Assembly: GCA_964614585.1 (NCBI GenBank)
Contig: CAZTLW010000001.1
Location: 4 to 64,003, forward strand
DNA from: an uncultured Acidimicrobiia bacterium
GTDB lineage: Bacteria > Actinomycetota > Acidimicrobiia > Spongiisociales > JAENVV01
Length of the DNA stretch: 64,000 nt
Direction of reading: 5' to 3'
Positions 47,814-57,236 of the stretch are shown here, piece after piece. The notes under the pieces were generated by a model, which saw only the letters and a list, made by a program, of their open reading frames with translations, had not been told where the DNA came from and made no database searches. A program made the translations under genes and the position numbers. Numbering within the stretch: position 1 is the stretch's first letter; each line of letters opens with the position of its first letter.

Positions 47814-48398
47814 GTGTCGGAAATGACCCTAGAGGTCCGCTCCGGCTGTGCGATGATGGCCACCATGACCCGTCGCATCTTCGTCGACACCGAATGGACC
47901 GCTCCGCCCTGGTCGGAGAGCTCCGAGTTGTTGTCGCTGGGGCTCGCCGACGAGGCCGGGGCCACCTGGAGCGCCGTGGCCGCCGAGGTGGATCTCGGGC
48001 CACTCTCCGGCAGCTCGGTCGTGGCACTCATCACCGCCGACCAGCCACGACTCACGAGCCCGGAGATGTCGGCGGAAGTGGCGGCATTCTGCGGCGACGT
48101 CGACGAGTTCTGGGCGTGGATCCCCACCGAGGAGAGCGTGGCGGCGTGGTTCGGACTCGACGCCGACGAGGCGCCCGAGTTGTTCGCCCGCCACTGGGAC
48201 GTCGACCTCCAGCACCTGCAAGCGTTGGTGCAGCCGTGGCCGGAGCGGTGGCCCACCCGACTGTCGAACCTGCGGGTCGCTGCGGAGGAGGCCGGCGTCG
48301 AGTTGCCCCCGAGACGTCCCGACCACCTGAACCCCCGCGTCCACGCCGAGTGGAACCGGGAACTCTTCGAGCGGATCCGTCGGTCCGGCGACACCTGA
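47814..48398 (+). CDS. hypothetical protein (sole plus-strand gene in a minus-strand block; weak DEDD-exonuclease-like RIFVDTEW motif)
   Basis: 194-aa ORF exactly fills the yebC-pdxT gap. Strong GC3 bias and Trp-rich, non-low-complexity composition. No confident family assignment from sequence alone. Confidence 0.5.
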   Translation: MSEMTLEVRSGCAMMATMTRRIFVDTEWTAPPWSESSELLSLGLADEAGATWSAVAAEVDLGPLSGSSVVALITADQPRLTSPEMSAEVAAFCGDVDEFWAWIPTEESVAAWFGLDADEAPELFARHWDVDLQHLQALVQPWPERWPTRLSNLRVAAEEAGVELPPRRPDHLNPRVHAEWNRELFERIRRSGDT

Positions 48399-48421
48399 GG
48401 TCCCGGACCTCGGGCAGGCCG

Positions 48422-49000
48422 CTACCCCTGGCCCCCCTCGATCAGGTCCAACAGCATCCGATGGATGCGGTCGTCGTCGGTGAGTTCGGGGTGGAACGAG
48501 GCGGCGAGGACCGATCCCTGACGGACCATCACCGGTCGGTCGGCCCACGTCGCCAGCACCTCGACCTCGTCGCCGACCCGCGTGATCCACGGCGCCCGGA
48601 TGAAGACGGCGCGGACCGGGTCACCGAGTCCGGCGACCGCGAGATCGGCCTCGAAGGACTCGTTCTGGGTCCCCCAGGCGTTGCGACGCACCGTCGCGTC
48701 GAGCACGCCGAGCTGGTCCTGGGTCCCCTCCTCGACGTCGGTGGCCAGCAGGATCATCCCCGCGCAGGTGCCGAAGGTCGGCAGCCCCGAGGCGATGTGC
48801 TTGCGGAGCGGGTCGAGGAGGCCGTAGAGGCGGGCGAGGCGCCCGATCGTGGTCGACTCCCCGCCGGGGATCACCAGTCCGTCGAGCCCATCGAGGTCGG
48901 TGGCCCGACGCACCTCGACGACGTCGGCGCCGAGGCGCTCGAGCACGGCCCGGTGTTCGCGTACGTCGCCCTGGAGGGCGAGGACGCCGATCGTCACCAA
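48422..49000 (-). CDS. pdxT: pyridoxal 5'-phosphate synthase glutaminase subunit PdxT
   Basis: 192 aa, [16 protein letters not shown]...GTCAG (Cys nucleophile). Confidence 0.9.
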   Translation of the reverse strand: MVTIGVLALQGDVREHRAVLERLGADVVEVRRATDLDGLDGLVIPGGESTTIGRLARLYGLLDPLRKHIASGLPTFGTCAGMILLATDVEEGTQDQLGVLDATVRRNAWGTQNESFEADLAVAGLGDPVRAVFIRAPWITRVGDEVEVLATWADRPVMVRQGSVLAASFHPELTDDDRIHRMLLDLIEGGQG

Positions 49001-49884
49001 CCGCGCCCCGCCAACCGCTGGTCCGCGGGCAGCTGGTCCATCCCGATCCCGGTCATGGGACCACCGAGGTTGCGTGACACCTTGGCGATCACCTCCGGGT
49101 CGGCGTGGTACGTGGTCGCCTCGACGATCGCCCGCGCCCGGGGCTCGGGGTCCACGGACTTGAAGATGCCCGATCCGACGAAGACGCCGTCGACGCCGAG
49201 CTGCATCATGAGGGCGGCGTCGGCCGGGGTGGCGATGCCGCCGGCGGCGAAGTTGACGACCGGGAGCCGACCGGTCTCGGCGACCTCGCGGACGAGTCCG
49301 TAGGGGGCGCCGAGGTCGCGGGCGGCCGACATGAGTTGCTCGGTACGCATCCCGGCGAGCGCCGTGATCTCGTTCGTGATGGTGCGCATGTGGCGCACGG
49401 CTTCGGCGACGTCGCCGGTGCCGGCCTCGCCCTTGGTACGGATCATGGCGGCCCCCTCACCGATCCGGCGGAGGGCCTCACCGAGGTTGCGGGCCCCGCA
49501 CACGAACGGGGTGGTGAAGGCCCACTTGTCGATGTGGTGCTCGTCGTCGGCGGGGGTCAGGACCTCGGACTCGTCGATGTAGTCGACGCCGAGGGCCTGG
49601 AGCACCTGGGCCTCGACGAAGTGGCCGATGCGCGCCTTGGCCATGACGGGGATGGTCACGGCCTCCTGGATCTCGATGATCTTCTCGGGATCGGACATCC
49701 GGGCGACGCCGCCCTCGACCCGGATGTCGGCGGGCACCCGCTCGAGCGCCATGACGGCCACCGCGCCGGCCGCCTCGGCGACACGCGCCTGGTCGGCGTC
49801 GACGACGTCCATGATGACGCCGCCCTTCAGCATCTCGGCGAGACCCCGCTTGACGAGGTCCGTGCCGCGCTCGGTCTGCTCCAT
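48994..49884 (-). CDS. pdxS: pyridoxal 5'-phosphate synthase lyase subunit PdxS
   Basis: 296 aa, ...GGVIMDVV...[11 protein letters not shown]...[13 protein letters not shown]... Confidence 0.92.
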   Translation of the reverse strand: MEQTERGTDLVKRGLAEMLKGGVIMDVVDADQARVAEAAGAVAVMALERVPADIRVEGGVARMSDPEKIIEIQEAVTIPVMAKARIGHFVEAQVLQALGVDYIDESEVLTPADDEHHIDKWAFTTPFVCGARNLGEALRRIGEGAAMIRTKGEAGTGDVAEAVRHMRTITNEITALAGMRTEQLMSAARDLGAPYGLVREVAETGRLPVVNFAAGGIATPADAALMMQLGVDGVFVGSGIFKSVDPEPRARAIVEATTYHADPEVIAKVSRNLGGPMTGIGMDQLPADQRLAGRGW

Positions 49885-49944
49885 CGAGGCTCTCCGGTTG
49901 GGGTACCCGAGTGTAGGAGGGGGGTCCCGGTTGCGTCGCTGCGT

Positions 49945-50943
49945 TCAGCCGATCGCGTCGGCGTACGCCCGCTCGTAGGCCGCCGTCACCGAGGACCAGT
50001 CGTAGGACCGCGCTCGGCGTCGGGCCTGGTCGGCGAGGTTGGTTCGGATCACCTCGTCGTCGAGGAGGCGGTTGATCGCCGCCGCCAGCGCCCGGGCGTC
50101 GCCGACCGGCACGTAGGCGGCCGCCTCGCCGGCGACGGCCCGGAAGGCGGGGATGTCCGACGCCACCACCGCGCACCCGGCGGCCATCGCCTCGACGAGG
50201 ACGAGGCCGAAGCTCTCGCCCCCGGTGGCGGGGACGCAGGCGACCGCCGAGCCGGCGAGGACGGTCCACTTCACCGGGTCGGCGACCCGACCGAGCGATC
50301 GGGTGCCCGGCCCGGCGTCGCGATCGGAGCCCACGATGACGAGCTCGGCCTCGGGATGGCTCCGTCGCACGCTCGCCCAGGCCTCGACCAGCACGTCGAG
50401 GCCTTTGCGTGGCTCGTCGCGGCCCACGAAGACCACCCGGCCCGGCTCCGGTCGGTCGGGGGCGACGCCGGCGACGTCGACGCCGTTCGGGATGCGTCGG
50501 GCCGACAGGCCGATCGCCTCCCATCGGGCGGCCGCCACATCGGAGACGGCCGTCAGGACCGCATGCCGCAGCCGCCGCCTGACGATCGGCGCCGCCACCG
50601 TCGTGAGCGATGCGACCCAGCCCGGGGGGTCGGCATGGAAGGTGCCGACGGTGGGCCGGTCGGCTCCCAGCGCGGCCCACCCCAGCGGTTGCAGGGGCTC
50701 GTGGACGTGGACCACGTCGCGATCGGCGAGGGCGGGGCCGATCCGCCCGAAGCCCAGCGGCGCAACCGACCCGTTGGCCGGCACGGCCATCACCCGGCCG
50801 ACCCGACGGTCGGCGGCGGCGCCTGGGCCCACCACCACGACCTCGTGCTCCCGGGCGGCGAGATGGTGGGCGAGACCCAGCACCTGGCCCTGCACCCCAC
50901 CGGGCACGTCGAGGTCGTAGGGGCTGACGAGGCCGACCTTCAC
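49945..50943 (-). CDS. pimA: GT4 glycosyltransferase, phosphatidylinositol alpha-mannosyltransferase PimA-like
   Basis: VKVGLVSPYDLDVPGGVQGQVLGLAHHL, cf. mycobacterial PimA MRIGMVCPYSFDVPGGVQSHV. GTG start at 50943 (GTGA overlap with patA). Confidence 0.75.
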   Translation of the reverse strand: MKVGLVSPYDLDVPGGVQGQVLGLAHHLAAREHEVVVVGPGAAADRRVGRVMAVPANGSVAPLGFGRIGPALADRDVVHVHEPLQPLGWAALGADRPTVGTFHADPPGWVASLTTVAAPIVRRRLRHAVLTAVSDVAAARWEAIGLSARRIPNGVDVAGVAPDRPEPGRVVFVGRDEPRKGLDVLVEAWASVRRSHPEAELVIVGSDRDAGPGTRSLGRVADPVKWTVLAGSAVACVPATGGESFGLVLVEAMAAGCAVVASDIPAFRAVAGEAAAYVPVGDARALAAAINRLLDDEVIRTNLADQARRRARSYDWSSVTAAYERAYADAIG

Positions 50944-51836
50944 GCCGGGCTCCCCCACCGCCAGCCCGGGTCGCTCGGCCAGTGCGGCTGCAGCACGTGC
51001 CACTGGCTCGGATCCCGGCGGATGAACCCCTCGAACTCGCCGGCGAGGGCGACCACCGCCGCCACGGCGTCGGCTCGCCGATCGGCCGTCACCGGCACCT
51101 CGACGGGGCGGAGTACGAACCGATGGCCGGTCGGCGCCAGGTAACACGCGACCGCCAGCAGCGGTGCCCCCGACAGCCGGGCGAGGGCGCCGGGCCCGAT
51201 CGGCATCGAGGTCGTCTCACCGAAGAAGGGCACCGCCACCCCGGTGCCGGTGACGTCCCGGTCGCTGACCAGCGCCACGGCGGCGTTCTCCTCCAACGCC
51301 GCCAGCAGCCGCCGGGTCCCCGCCCGCTCGGTGCCGGCCAGCTCGATCTCGATGCCCATACGGGCGCGCATCTGGCGATACCACTCGGTCATGTCGGAGT
51401 CCGGGAGGTCTTCGGCCACCGCGACGAGACGGACGCCGACCCGGAGGGGATGGATGGCGGCGAACTCCCAGTTGCCGACATGGGGCAGGGCGAGGATCAC
51501 GCCCCGGCCTGCCACCACCGCGGCGTCGAAGTGCTCCAACCCGTCGAAGGCGAACCCGGCGGCGACCTCGTCGATGCGACGCTCCCGGAACCACAGGGTC
51601 TCGGCGAGGTACACGCCATAGAGCTCGAACAGTCGGAGCGCCATCGCCCGAGCCCGGGCGTCCGGGTGGTCGGGGTCACCGCCCAGCACCCGGGCCATGT
51701 GTCGTTCGGCCATGTGTCGCCGCCGCTCGTCGCGATCGTGGGACCGACGGCCGCCGAGGGCCCCGAGGCGCCGCGCCATCGAAAGGGGCAGACCCGCCAG
51801 GGCGCCGGAGGCGAGCCGGAAGGCCCGACCCGACAT
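50940..51836 (-). CDS. lysophospholipid / PIM acyltransferase (HtrB/LpxL family; PatA-like)
   Basis: MSGRAFRLASGALAGLPLS... LpxL/HtrB acyltransferase family, with HVGNWE-type motif region. ATG at 51836 (ATGA overlap with pgsA). Confidence 0.7.
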   Translation of the reverse strand: MSGRAFRLASGALAGLPLSMARRLGALGGRRSHDRDERRRHMAERHMARVLGGDPDHPDARARAMALRLFELYGVYLAETLWFRERRIDEVAAGFAFDGLEHFDAAVVAGRGVILALPHVGNWEFAAIHPLRVGVRLVAVAEDLPDSDMTEWYRQMRARMGIEIELAGTERAGTRRLLAALEENAAVALVSDRDVTGTGVAVPFFGETTSMPIGPGALARLSGAPLLAVACYLAPTGHRFVLRPVEVPVTADRRADAVAAVVALAGEFEGFIRRDPSQWHVLQPHWPSDPGWRWGSPA

Positions 51837-52465
51837 CAGTCCTCCAGGCGGCGCCAGATCGCCCAGAACCTGAACGCGACGGTCACCCAGATGCCAACGA
51901 GCAGCACCCACAGCACGGGCTCGAGCCACCCGGTCAGGAGCCCGAGGGACAGGATCACGACCCGCTCGCCTCGACCGACCACGCCACCCCGGCCGTCGGC
52001 GCCGACCGCCTCTGCCTTGGCCCGCAGGTACGAGGTCAGCAGGGCACCGGCGAGGCAGAAGATCGACACCATGACGAGTCGAGGGGTGTCGGACAACCAG
52101 AAGGCGACCCCGCCCCACAGCGCCGTCTCGCCGATGCGATCCGCCACCGAGTCGATGAGGGCGCCACGGCGGGTCGCCCGCCCACTCACCCGGGCGACGG
52201 TGCCGTCGAGGCCGTCGAGCGCCGATCCGGCCAGGAAGAGTCCCCCACCCCAGCCGAGGGCACCACGCGCCACCAGCACGGCACCGGCCACGGCCAGCGC
52301 CAGGCCCAGCAGCGTGAGGGCGGTCGGCGTGATCCCGAGGCGGGCGAGGAACCGTCCGATCGGGTCCAGCAACGGCTCGATCCGTCCCCGGATGCGGGTC
52401 TCGATCATCCCCGAGACGGTACCAGTGGGGTCGCCCGGACCCGGTGCGGTACCCACCGCGTACAA
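51836..52465 (-). CDS. pgsA: CDP-alcohol phosphatidyltransferase (phosphatidylinositol phosphate synthase PgsA1-like)
   Basis: DG...DGxxAR...G...D motif (GSALDGLDGTVARV...ALIDSVADRIGE). Order pgsA-acyltransferase-pimA as in mycobacteria. Alternative start at 52408. Confidence 0.8.
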   Translation of the reverse strand: MYAVGTAPGPGDPTGTVSGMIETRIRGRIEPLLDPIGRFLARLGITPTALTLLGLALAVAGAVLVARGALGWGGGLFLAGSALDGLDGTVARVSGRATRRGALIDSVADRIGETALWGGVAFWLSDTPRLVMVSIFCLAGALLTSYLRAKAEAVGADGRGGVVGRGERVVILSLGLLTGWLEPVLWVLLVGIWVTVAFRFWAIWRRLED

Positions 52466-52524
52466 TGCGGTTCGGCCCGGCGGGCGTCGGGCTTCGACGA
52501 CCCTAGGAAGGACGTGGCCCCGAC

Positions 52525-53808
52525 ATGAGCGACGCGACCCTGACCCTCGACGGCGAGAGCCTCCCCCTCGACGTCATCGTCGGGTCGATGGGCGAACGGG
52601 CCATCGACATCTCGGGGCTTCGGCCAACCACGGGCTACACCACCTTCGACCGGGGATTCGGCAACACCGCCGAGACCACGTCGTCGATCACCTTCATCGA
52701 CGGCGAACAGGGCGTCCTCCGCCATCGTGGCTACGCCATCGAGGAGCTGGCCGCCAACGCCTCCTTCCTCGAGGTCGCCTACCTGCTCATCTACGGGGCC
52801 CTGCCGACCGCCGGCGGATTGGCGTCCTTCGACGAGGAGATCCGGGACCGGGCCGCCCTCCCCGAGGACATCCGCTACCTGTTCGAGGCCTTCCCCCACG
52901 CCGCCCACCCGATGGCCAAGCTGGCCGCCGGCGTGTCGACGCTGGGTGCCTACTACCCCGAAGCGGCCGACCCGCTCGACGACGATGCCGTCGAGTTGGC
53001 CACCCGCATCCTGCTGGGCGCCATGCCCACGATGGTCGCCTGGTCCTTCAAGTACCGCCAGCGCCGCCCGTACATCTACCCCCGCTACGACCTCGACTAC
53101 GCGTCCAACTTCCTGCACATGGTCCACTCGCGGCCCAACCGGCCGTACGTGATCACCCCGGCGATCCAGCGGGCCATGAACATGCTGCTGGTGCTGCACG
53201 CCGACCACGAGCAGAACTGCTCGGCGTCGACCGTCCGCATCGTCGGCTCGTCGCACGCCAGCCTGTTCTCGTCGATCTCCGCCGGCATCCACGCCCTGTC
53301 GGGCCCCCTGCACGGCGGCGCCAACCAGGCCGTGCTGGAGATGCTCCAGCACATCGCCGACGACGGCGGCGACCACCAGAAGTACGTCGCCAAGGCGAAG
53401 GACAAGGACGACCCGTTCCGCCTCATGGGCTTCGGCCACCGGGTGTACAAGAACTTCGACCCTCGCTCGCGCATCCTCAAGGGCGCCGTGGAGGACGTGC
53501 TCGACACGCTCGGCCACGACGACCCGCTCCTCGACGTCGCCATGGGCCTCGAGCGGGTGGCGTTGGAGGACGAGTACTTCGTCGACCGCAAACTCTTCCC
53601 GAACGTGGACTTCTACTCGGGGATCATCTACCGGGCGATGGGCTTCCCGGTGGAGATGTTCACGACGCTCTTCGCCCTCGGCCGCCTGCCCGGCTGGCTC
53701 GCCCAGTGGCGGGAGATGCACTCCGATCCGACGACGCGCATCGGTCGCCCCCGCCAGGTGTACACCGGCGAGACCGAGCGACCGTTCACGCCTCTTGGAG
53801 AGCGCTAG
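52525..53808 (+). CDS. gltA: citrate synthase GltA
   Basis: 427 aa, ...LHADHEQNCSASTVR...GFGHRVYKNFDPR... Confidence 0.92.
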   Translation: MSDATLTLDGESLPLDVIVGSMGERAIDISGLRPTTGYTTFDRGFGNTAETTSSITFIDGEQGVLRHRGYAIEELAANASFLEVAYLLIYGALPTAGGLASFDEEIRDRAALPEDIRYLFEAFPHAAHPMAKLAAGVSTLGAYYPEAADPLDDDAVELATRILLGAMPTMVAWSFKYRQRRPYIYPRYDLDYASNFLHMVHSRPNRPYVITPAIQRAMNMLLVLHADHEQNCSASTVRIVGSSHASLFSSISAGIHALSGPLHGGANQAVLEMLQHIADDGGDHQKYVAKAKDKDDPFRLMGFGHRVYKNFDPRSRILKGAVEDVLDTLGHDDPLLDVAMGLERVALEDEYFVDRKLFPNVDFYSGIIYRAMGFPVEMFTTLFALGRLPGWLAQWREMHSDPTTRIGRPRQVYTGETERPFTPLGER

Positions 53809-53818
53809 TCCGGAGCGA

Positions 53819-54457
53819 TCACTCGCCCCTCGCCGTCAGGGCGAGGTCGACCCCCACACCGACCATCACGACCCCGCCGGCGGCTCGGAGCCGTCCGGAG
53901 CGAACCGGAGAGTCGGCGAGCCAGGTCCGGACCGAACCGGCAACCAGCGCCCACAGCGAGTCGATGACCACGGCGAGTCCTGCGAACAGGAATCCGAGCA
54001 GCAGCATCTGCACGCCGGCCGGCATCCCACCCACCTCGACGTACTGGGGCAGGACCGCGGCGAAGAACACGAGCGACTTCGGATTGGCGATCCCGACCAG
54101 CAGGCCTTGCGCGAAGATGCCTCGATCCGCCGTCGTCGGCAACGCATCGCCCACGTCACCGATGAGGTCCGCCCGATGCCTGATCGCCTGGATCCCGAGC
54201 CACACCAGGTAGGCGGCGCCCACCAACTTCACGATCGTGAAGGCAACGGCCGACCGTTCCACCACGGCACCCAGGCCGACCGCGACCGCCGCGACCTGGC
54301 CCACCAACCCGATTGCGTTGCCGAGCACGGTGACGAGCGCCGCCCGGCGACCCAGCGCCATCGCCCGGCCCACGATGAACAGCACGCTCGGCCCGGGTGC
54401 CGCCACGATCGCCACGGCCAGCACCGTGAAGGCGACCAGTGCCCCCGATTCCGGCAC
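53819..54457 (-). CDS. LysE/RhtB family amino-acid exporter
   Basis: 212 aa, six TM helices, LysE family N-terminal motif (TVLAVAIVAAPGPSVLFIV). Confidence 0.8.
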   Translation of the reverse strand: MPESGALVAFTVLAVAIVAAPGPSVLFIVGRAMALGRRAALVTVLGNAIGLVGQVAAVAVGLGAVVERSAVAFTIVKLVGAAYLVWLGIQAIRHRADLIGDVGDALPTTADRGIFAQGLLVGIANPKSLVFFAAVLPQYVEVGGMPAGVQMLLLGFLFAGLAVVIDSLWALVAGSVRTWLADSPVRSGRLRAAGGVVMVGVGVDLALTARGE

Positions 54458-54472
54458 GGTCCGTCCAAGTCC

Positions 54473-54988
54473 TCAGAGGGCCTCGACGAACGCCGCCTCG
54501 ACCAGGTCGCCGGTCACGGCGTCGACCCGCACGAGGGCCCGGTTGCCGGGCGGCTCGGTGGCGTCGTAGACGACGACGTGCCAGATGGGCTTGGCCCGCC
54601 ACCCGGTGAAGCGCACGGCGGCAGAGGCATGGCCGACCGGGAAGGGCAGCTCGGCGACCGCGATACGCAACGCGTGCTGTTCGTCGACGGCGAGCGGCCA
54701 CGCCGCCACGAAGTGGTAGCCCCCCAGCAGGACCAGCCCGGCGGCAGCCGCCCACAGCCCGACGCCGAGTCCGGCAAGGGCCCCGGCGGCGAGCAGGCCC
54801 GCCCCTGCGAGGTAGATCCAGCCGCCGGTGCGCCGACGCCTCGGAGAGGGCACCAGGAACTCCTCGCCGACGTTGGCATCGAGTTCGCTGGGGACGCCCT
54901 CGGCGTCGGCGATCTCGCGGGGAATCCGGATCCCCGACCGATCGAACTCGGGGTCGATCGGCTCGTCGGCGGCCGACCGGTCGCTCAC
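54473..54988 (-). CDS. hypothetical membrane protein
   Basis: 171 aa, two or three predicted TM helices (WIYLAGAGLLAAGALAGLGVGLWAAAAGLVLLGG). 4-nt overlap with the thrS stop. Confidence 0.5.
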   Translation of the reverse strand: MSDRSAADEPIDPEFDRSGIRIPREIADAEGVPSELDANVGEEFLVPSPRRRRTGGWIYLAGAGLLAAGALAGLGVGLWAAAAGLVLLGGYHFVAAWPLAVDEQHALRIAVAELPFPVGHASAAVRFTGWRAKPIWHVVVYDATEPPGNRALVRVDAVTGDLVEAAFVEAL

Positions 54989-56916
54989 GACCCGGGCTCC
55001 CGGGCCAGCGTCGTCATGGTCGCCACGATCTCGTCGAGCGGGGTACCCCGTCGCTCGTCCTCGCCCCGCAGGCGGAACCCGGCGGTGCGGTGGCTGACGT
55101 CGTCGTCGCCGACGACGAGGAGGGCGGGGACCTTGTGGGTCAGCGCCCGGCGGATCTTCTCCCCCAGCTTCCCGGAGCCGGCATCGACCTCGACCCGCAG
55201 GCCGACCTCGCCGAGACGGTCCGCCACCTCACGGGCGTAGGGCTCGTGGCGGTCGGCGACCGTGACCACCGTTGCCTGCACGGGCGACAACCACATCGGG
55301 AATGCCCCTGCGTAGTGCTCGACGAGCACCCCGAAGAACCGCTCCATCGACCCGGCCTTGGCGGCATGGATCATGTACGGACGAGCCCGTTCGTTGTCCG
55401 TGGTCGTGTACTCGAGGCCGAAGCGCTCGGGCAGGTTGAAGTCGACCTGGATGGTCGACATCTGCCAGCGGCGCCCGATGGCGTCCTTGACGTGGACGTC
55501 GATCTTGGGTCCGTAGAAGGCACCCTCGCCCTCGGCCACCTCGTAGGCGAGGCCGGCCCGGTCGAGGGCCGCCGCCAGCGCCTGCTCGGCCGCCTCCCAG
55601 CGTTCGACCTCGCCGACGTACTTCTCGGGGCGGGTCGACAGGTCGGCCTCGAACTCGGTGAAACCAAAGTCCCGCAGCCACGTGAGCACGAACTCGAGAT
55701 GCATGGCGAGCTCGTCGGGGAGTTGCTCGGGGGTGGCAAAGGTGTGGGAGTCGTCCTGGGTGAACCCCCGCGCCCGCAGCAACCCGTGAATGACCCCGGA
55801 CCGCTCGTACCGATACACCGCCCCCAGCTCGGCGAGCCGGATCGGCAGGTCGCGATACGACCGGGTGGACCCCTGGTAGACGAGCACGTGGAACGGGCAG
55901 TTCATCGGCTTGACCCGGTACTCCTCGTCGGAGTCGAGCTCCATGCCCGGGTACATGTTCTCGGCGTAGAAGTCGAGGTGACCCGACGTCCGCCACAGGT
56001 CGGCCTTGGCGAGGTGGGGCGAGAACACGAACTCGAACCCGAACCGTTCATGGAGGTCGCGGGAGTGGTCCTCGATCAGCTTGCGAGCCTGGCCGCCCTT
56101 CGGGTGCCAGACGGCCAACCCCGGGCCGAGCTCGCGGGGAAAGCTGAACAAGTCCAACTCGGGTCCGAGGCGACGGTGGTCGCGGGCCTCGGCCTGCTCG
56201 AGCCGGTGGAGATGGTCCTCGAGGGCGCTCGGGGACTCCCAGGCAGTGCCATAGATCCGCTGGAGTTGGGGGTTGTGCTCGTCGCCCCGCCAGTAGGCGC
56301 CGGCCGTCCGGAGCAGCTTGACCGCCCGCAGTCGGCCCGTCGAGGGGACGTGGGGGCCCCGGCAGAGGTCGGTGAACGTGTCGGTGTTCCGGTAGGCGCT
56401 CACGACGTCGCCGCCGGCGACCTCCGAGGGGTCGACCGACTCGATGATCTCGCACTTGAACGGGTGGCGGGCGAACACCTCGAGGGCGTCCTCGACGTTC
56501 ATCTCCTCGCGGACGAAGGGCTGGTCCTCCGCGATGATCTCGTCCATCTTCGCCTCGATGGCCTCGAGGTCCTCGGGCGTGAAGGGCTCGGGGTTGGCGA
56601 AGTCGTAGTAGAAGCCGTCCTCGATGGGCGGTCCGATGGCGAAGGTGGCTTCGGGGAACAGCTCCAGCACCGCCTGGGCGAGGACGTGGGCGGCGGAGTG
56701 GCGCAGGATGTGGCGGCCTTCGTCCGAGTCGGCCGTCACCACCTCGAACCGGCCACCCGCCTCGGGCAGCTCGCGGTCGAGGTCCCGGGGGGTGCCATCG
56801 ACCTTCACGGCAACGGCCGCCTTCGCCAGGCGACGGCCGATCGATTCGGCCACCTCGCGACCCGTCGTGCCGGTCGGGAACTCGTGCACGGAGCCGTCGG
56901 GGTACGTCAGCTGCAT
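54985..56916 (-). CDS. thrS: threonine--tRNA ligase ThrS
   Basis: MQLTYPDGSVHEF (TGS domain) ...class II core...anticodon-binding domain. ATG at 56916; the 57-aa upstream extension was rejected. Confidence 0.9.
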   Translation of the reverse strand: MQLTYPDGSVHEFPTGTTGREVAESIGRRLAKAAVAVKVDGTPRDLDRELPEAGGRFEVVTADSDEGRHILRHSAAHVLAQAVLELFPEATFAIGPPIEDGFYYDFANPEPFTPEDLEAIEAKMDEIIAEDQPFVREEMNVEDALEVFARHPFKCEIIESVDPSEVAGGDVVSAYRNTDTFTDLCRGPHVPSTGRLRAVKLLRTAGAYWRGDEHNPQLQRIYGTAWESPSALEDHLHRLEQAEARDHRRLGPELDLFSFPRELGPGLAVWHPKGGQARKLIEDHSRDLHERFGFEFVFSPHLAKADLWRTSGHLDFYAENMYPGMELDSDEEYRVKPMNCPFHVLVYQGSTRSYRDLPIRLAELGAVYRYERSGVIHGLLRARGFTQDDSHTFATPEQLPDELAMHLEFVLTWLRDFGFTEFEADLSTRPEKYVGEVERWEAAEQALAAALDRAGLAYEVAEGEGAFYGPKIDVHVKDAIGRRWQMSTIQVDFNLPERFGLEYTTTDNERARPYMIHAAKAGSMERFFGVLVEHYAGAFPMWLSPVQATVVTVADRHEPYAREVADRLGEVGLRVEVDAGSGKLGEKIRRALTHKVPALLVVGDDDVSHRTAGFRLRGEDERRGTPLDEIVATMTTLAREPGS

Positions 56917-57071
56917 CGCCGGTGCTCTCCTCGGTGGTGGCGGGCGGACGAAGGGTAGGTCGTCCGACGGATTGCGCCCGCCCGATTCGCGCCACGCCAT
57001 GGGGCCGAGGTCGCGAAATCCACCGTTGGGACGGGTTCGCTCCGTACGCTGCGCCTCGTCACACAGGGAGG

Positions 57072-57236
57072 ATGAGCACGGTGGCACTGGGTCTGTTCGG
57101 AAAGCCGATCATCGACCTCGACTCCTATGAGCTCCTGCAAGAGCTCCCGACCGACGACCTGCCCTGTCCATGGTGTCGGTGCGCCACGTCCGAGGACGAC
57201 GACCGCTGCCCCGGCTGCAGCCGCCGGTTCGGCTGA
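57072..57236 (+). CDS. possible small zinc-ribbon protein (CxxC...CxxC), antisense-overlapping the 3' end of the acetyltransferase gene
   Basis: MSTVALGLFGKPIIDLDSYELLQELPTDDLPCPWCRCATSEDDDRCPGCSRRFG. GGGAGG immediately upstream; an alternative GTG start at 57082 has better SD spacing. High GC3. Overlaps ~110 nt of ORF 57125..58066 on the opposite strand. Confidence 0.35.
   Translation: MSTVALGLFGKPIIDLDSYELLQELPTDDLPCPWCRCATSEDDDRCPGCSRRFG

Noticed and set aside
49478-50680. 400-aa minus-strand ORF in a second frame over pimA/pdxS
   Set aside because: Overlaps two confidently assigned genes out of frame. Arg/Gly-rich low complexity.
50982-54212. 1076-aa plus-strand ORF, the longest in the window
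   Set aside because: Antisense to pimA/patA/pgsA and out of frame with gltA. Extremely Arg/Pro/Gly-rich with no motifs. Classic GC-rich artefact.
56917-57124. T-box riboswitch upstream of thrS
   Set aside because: No T-box core sequence (AANNNGGGTGGNACCGCG) on the thrS-sense strand.
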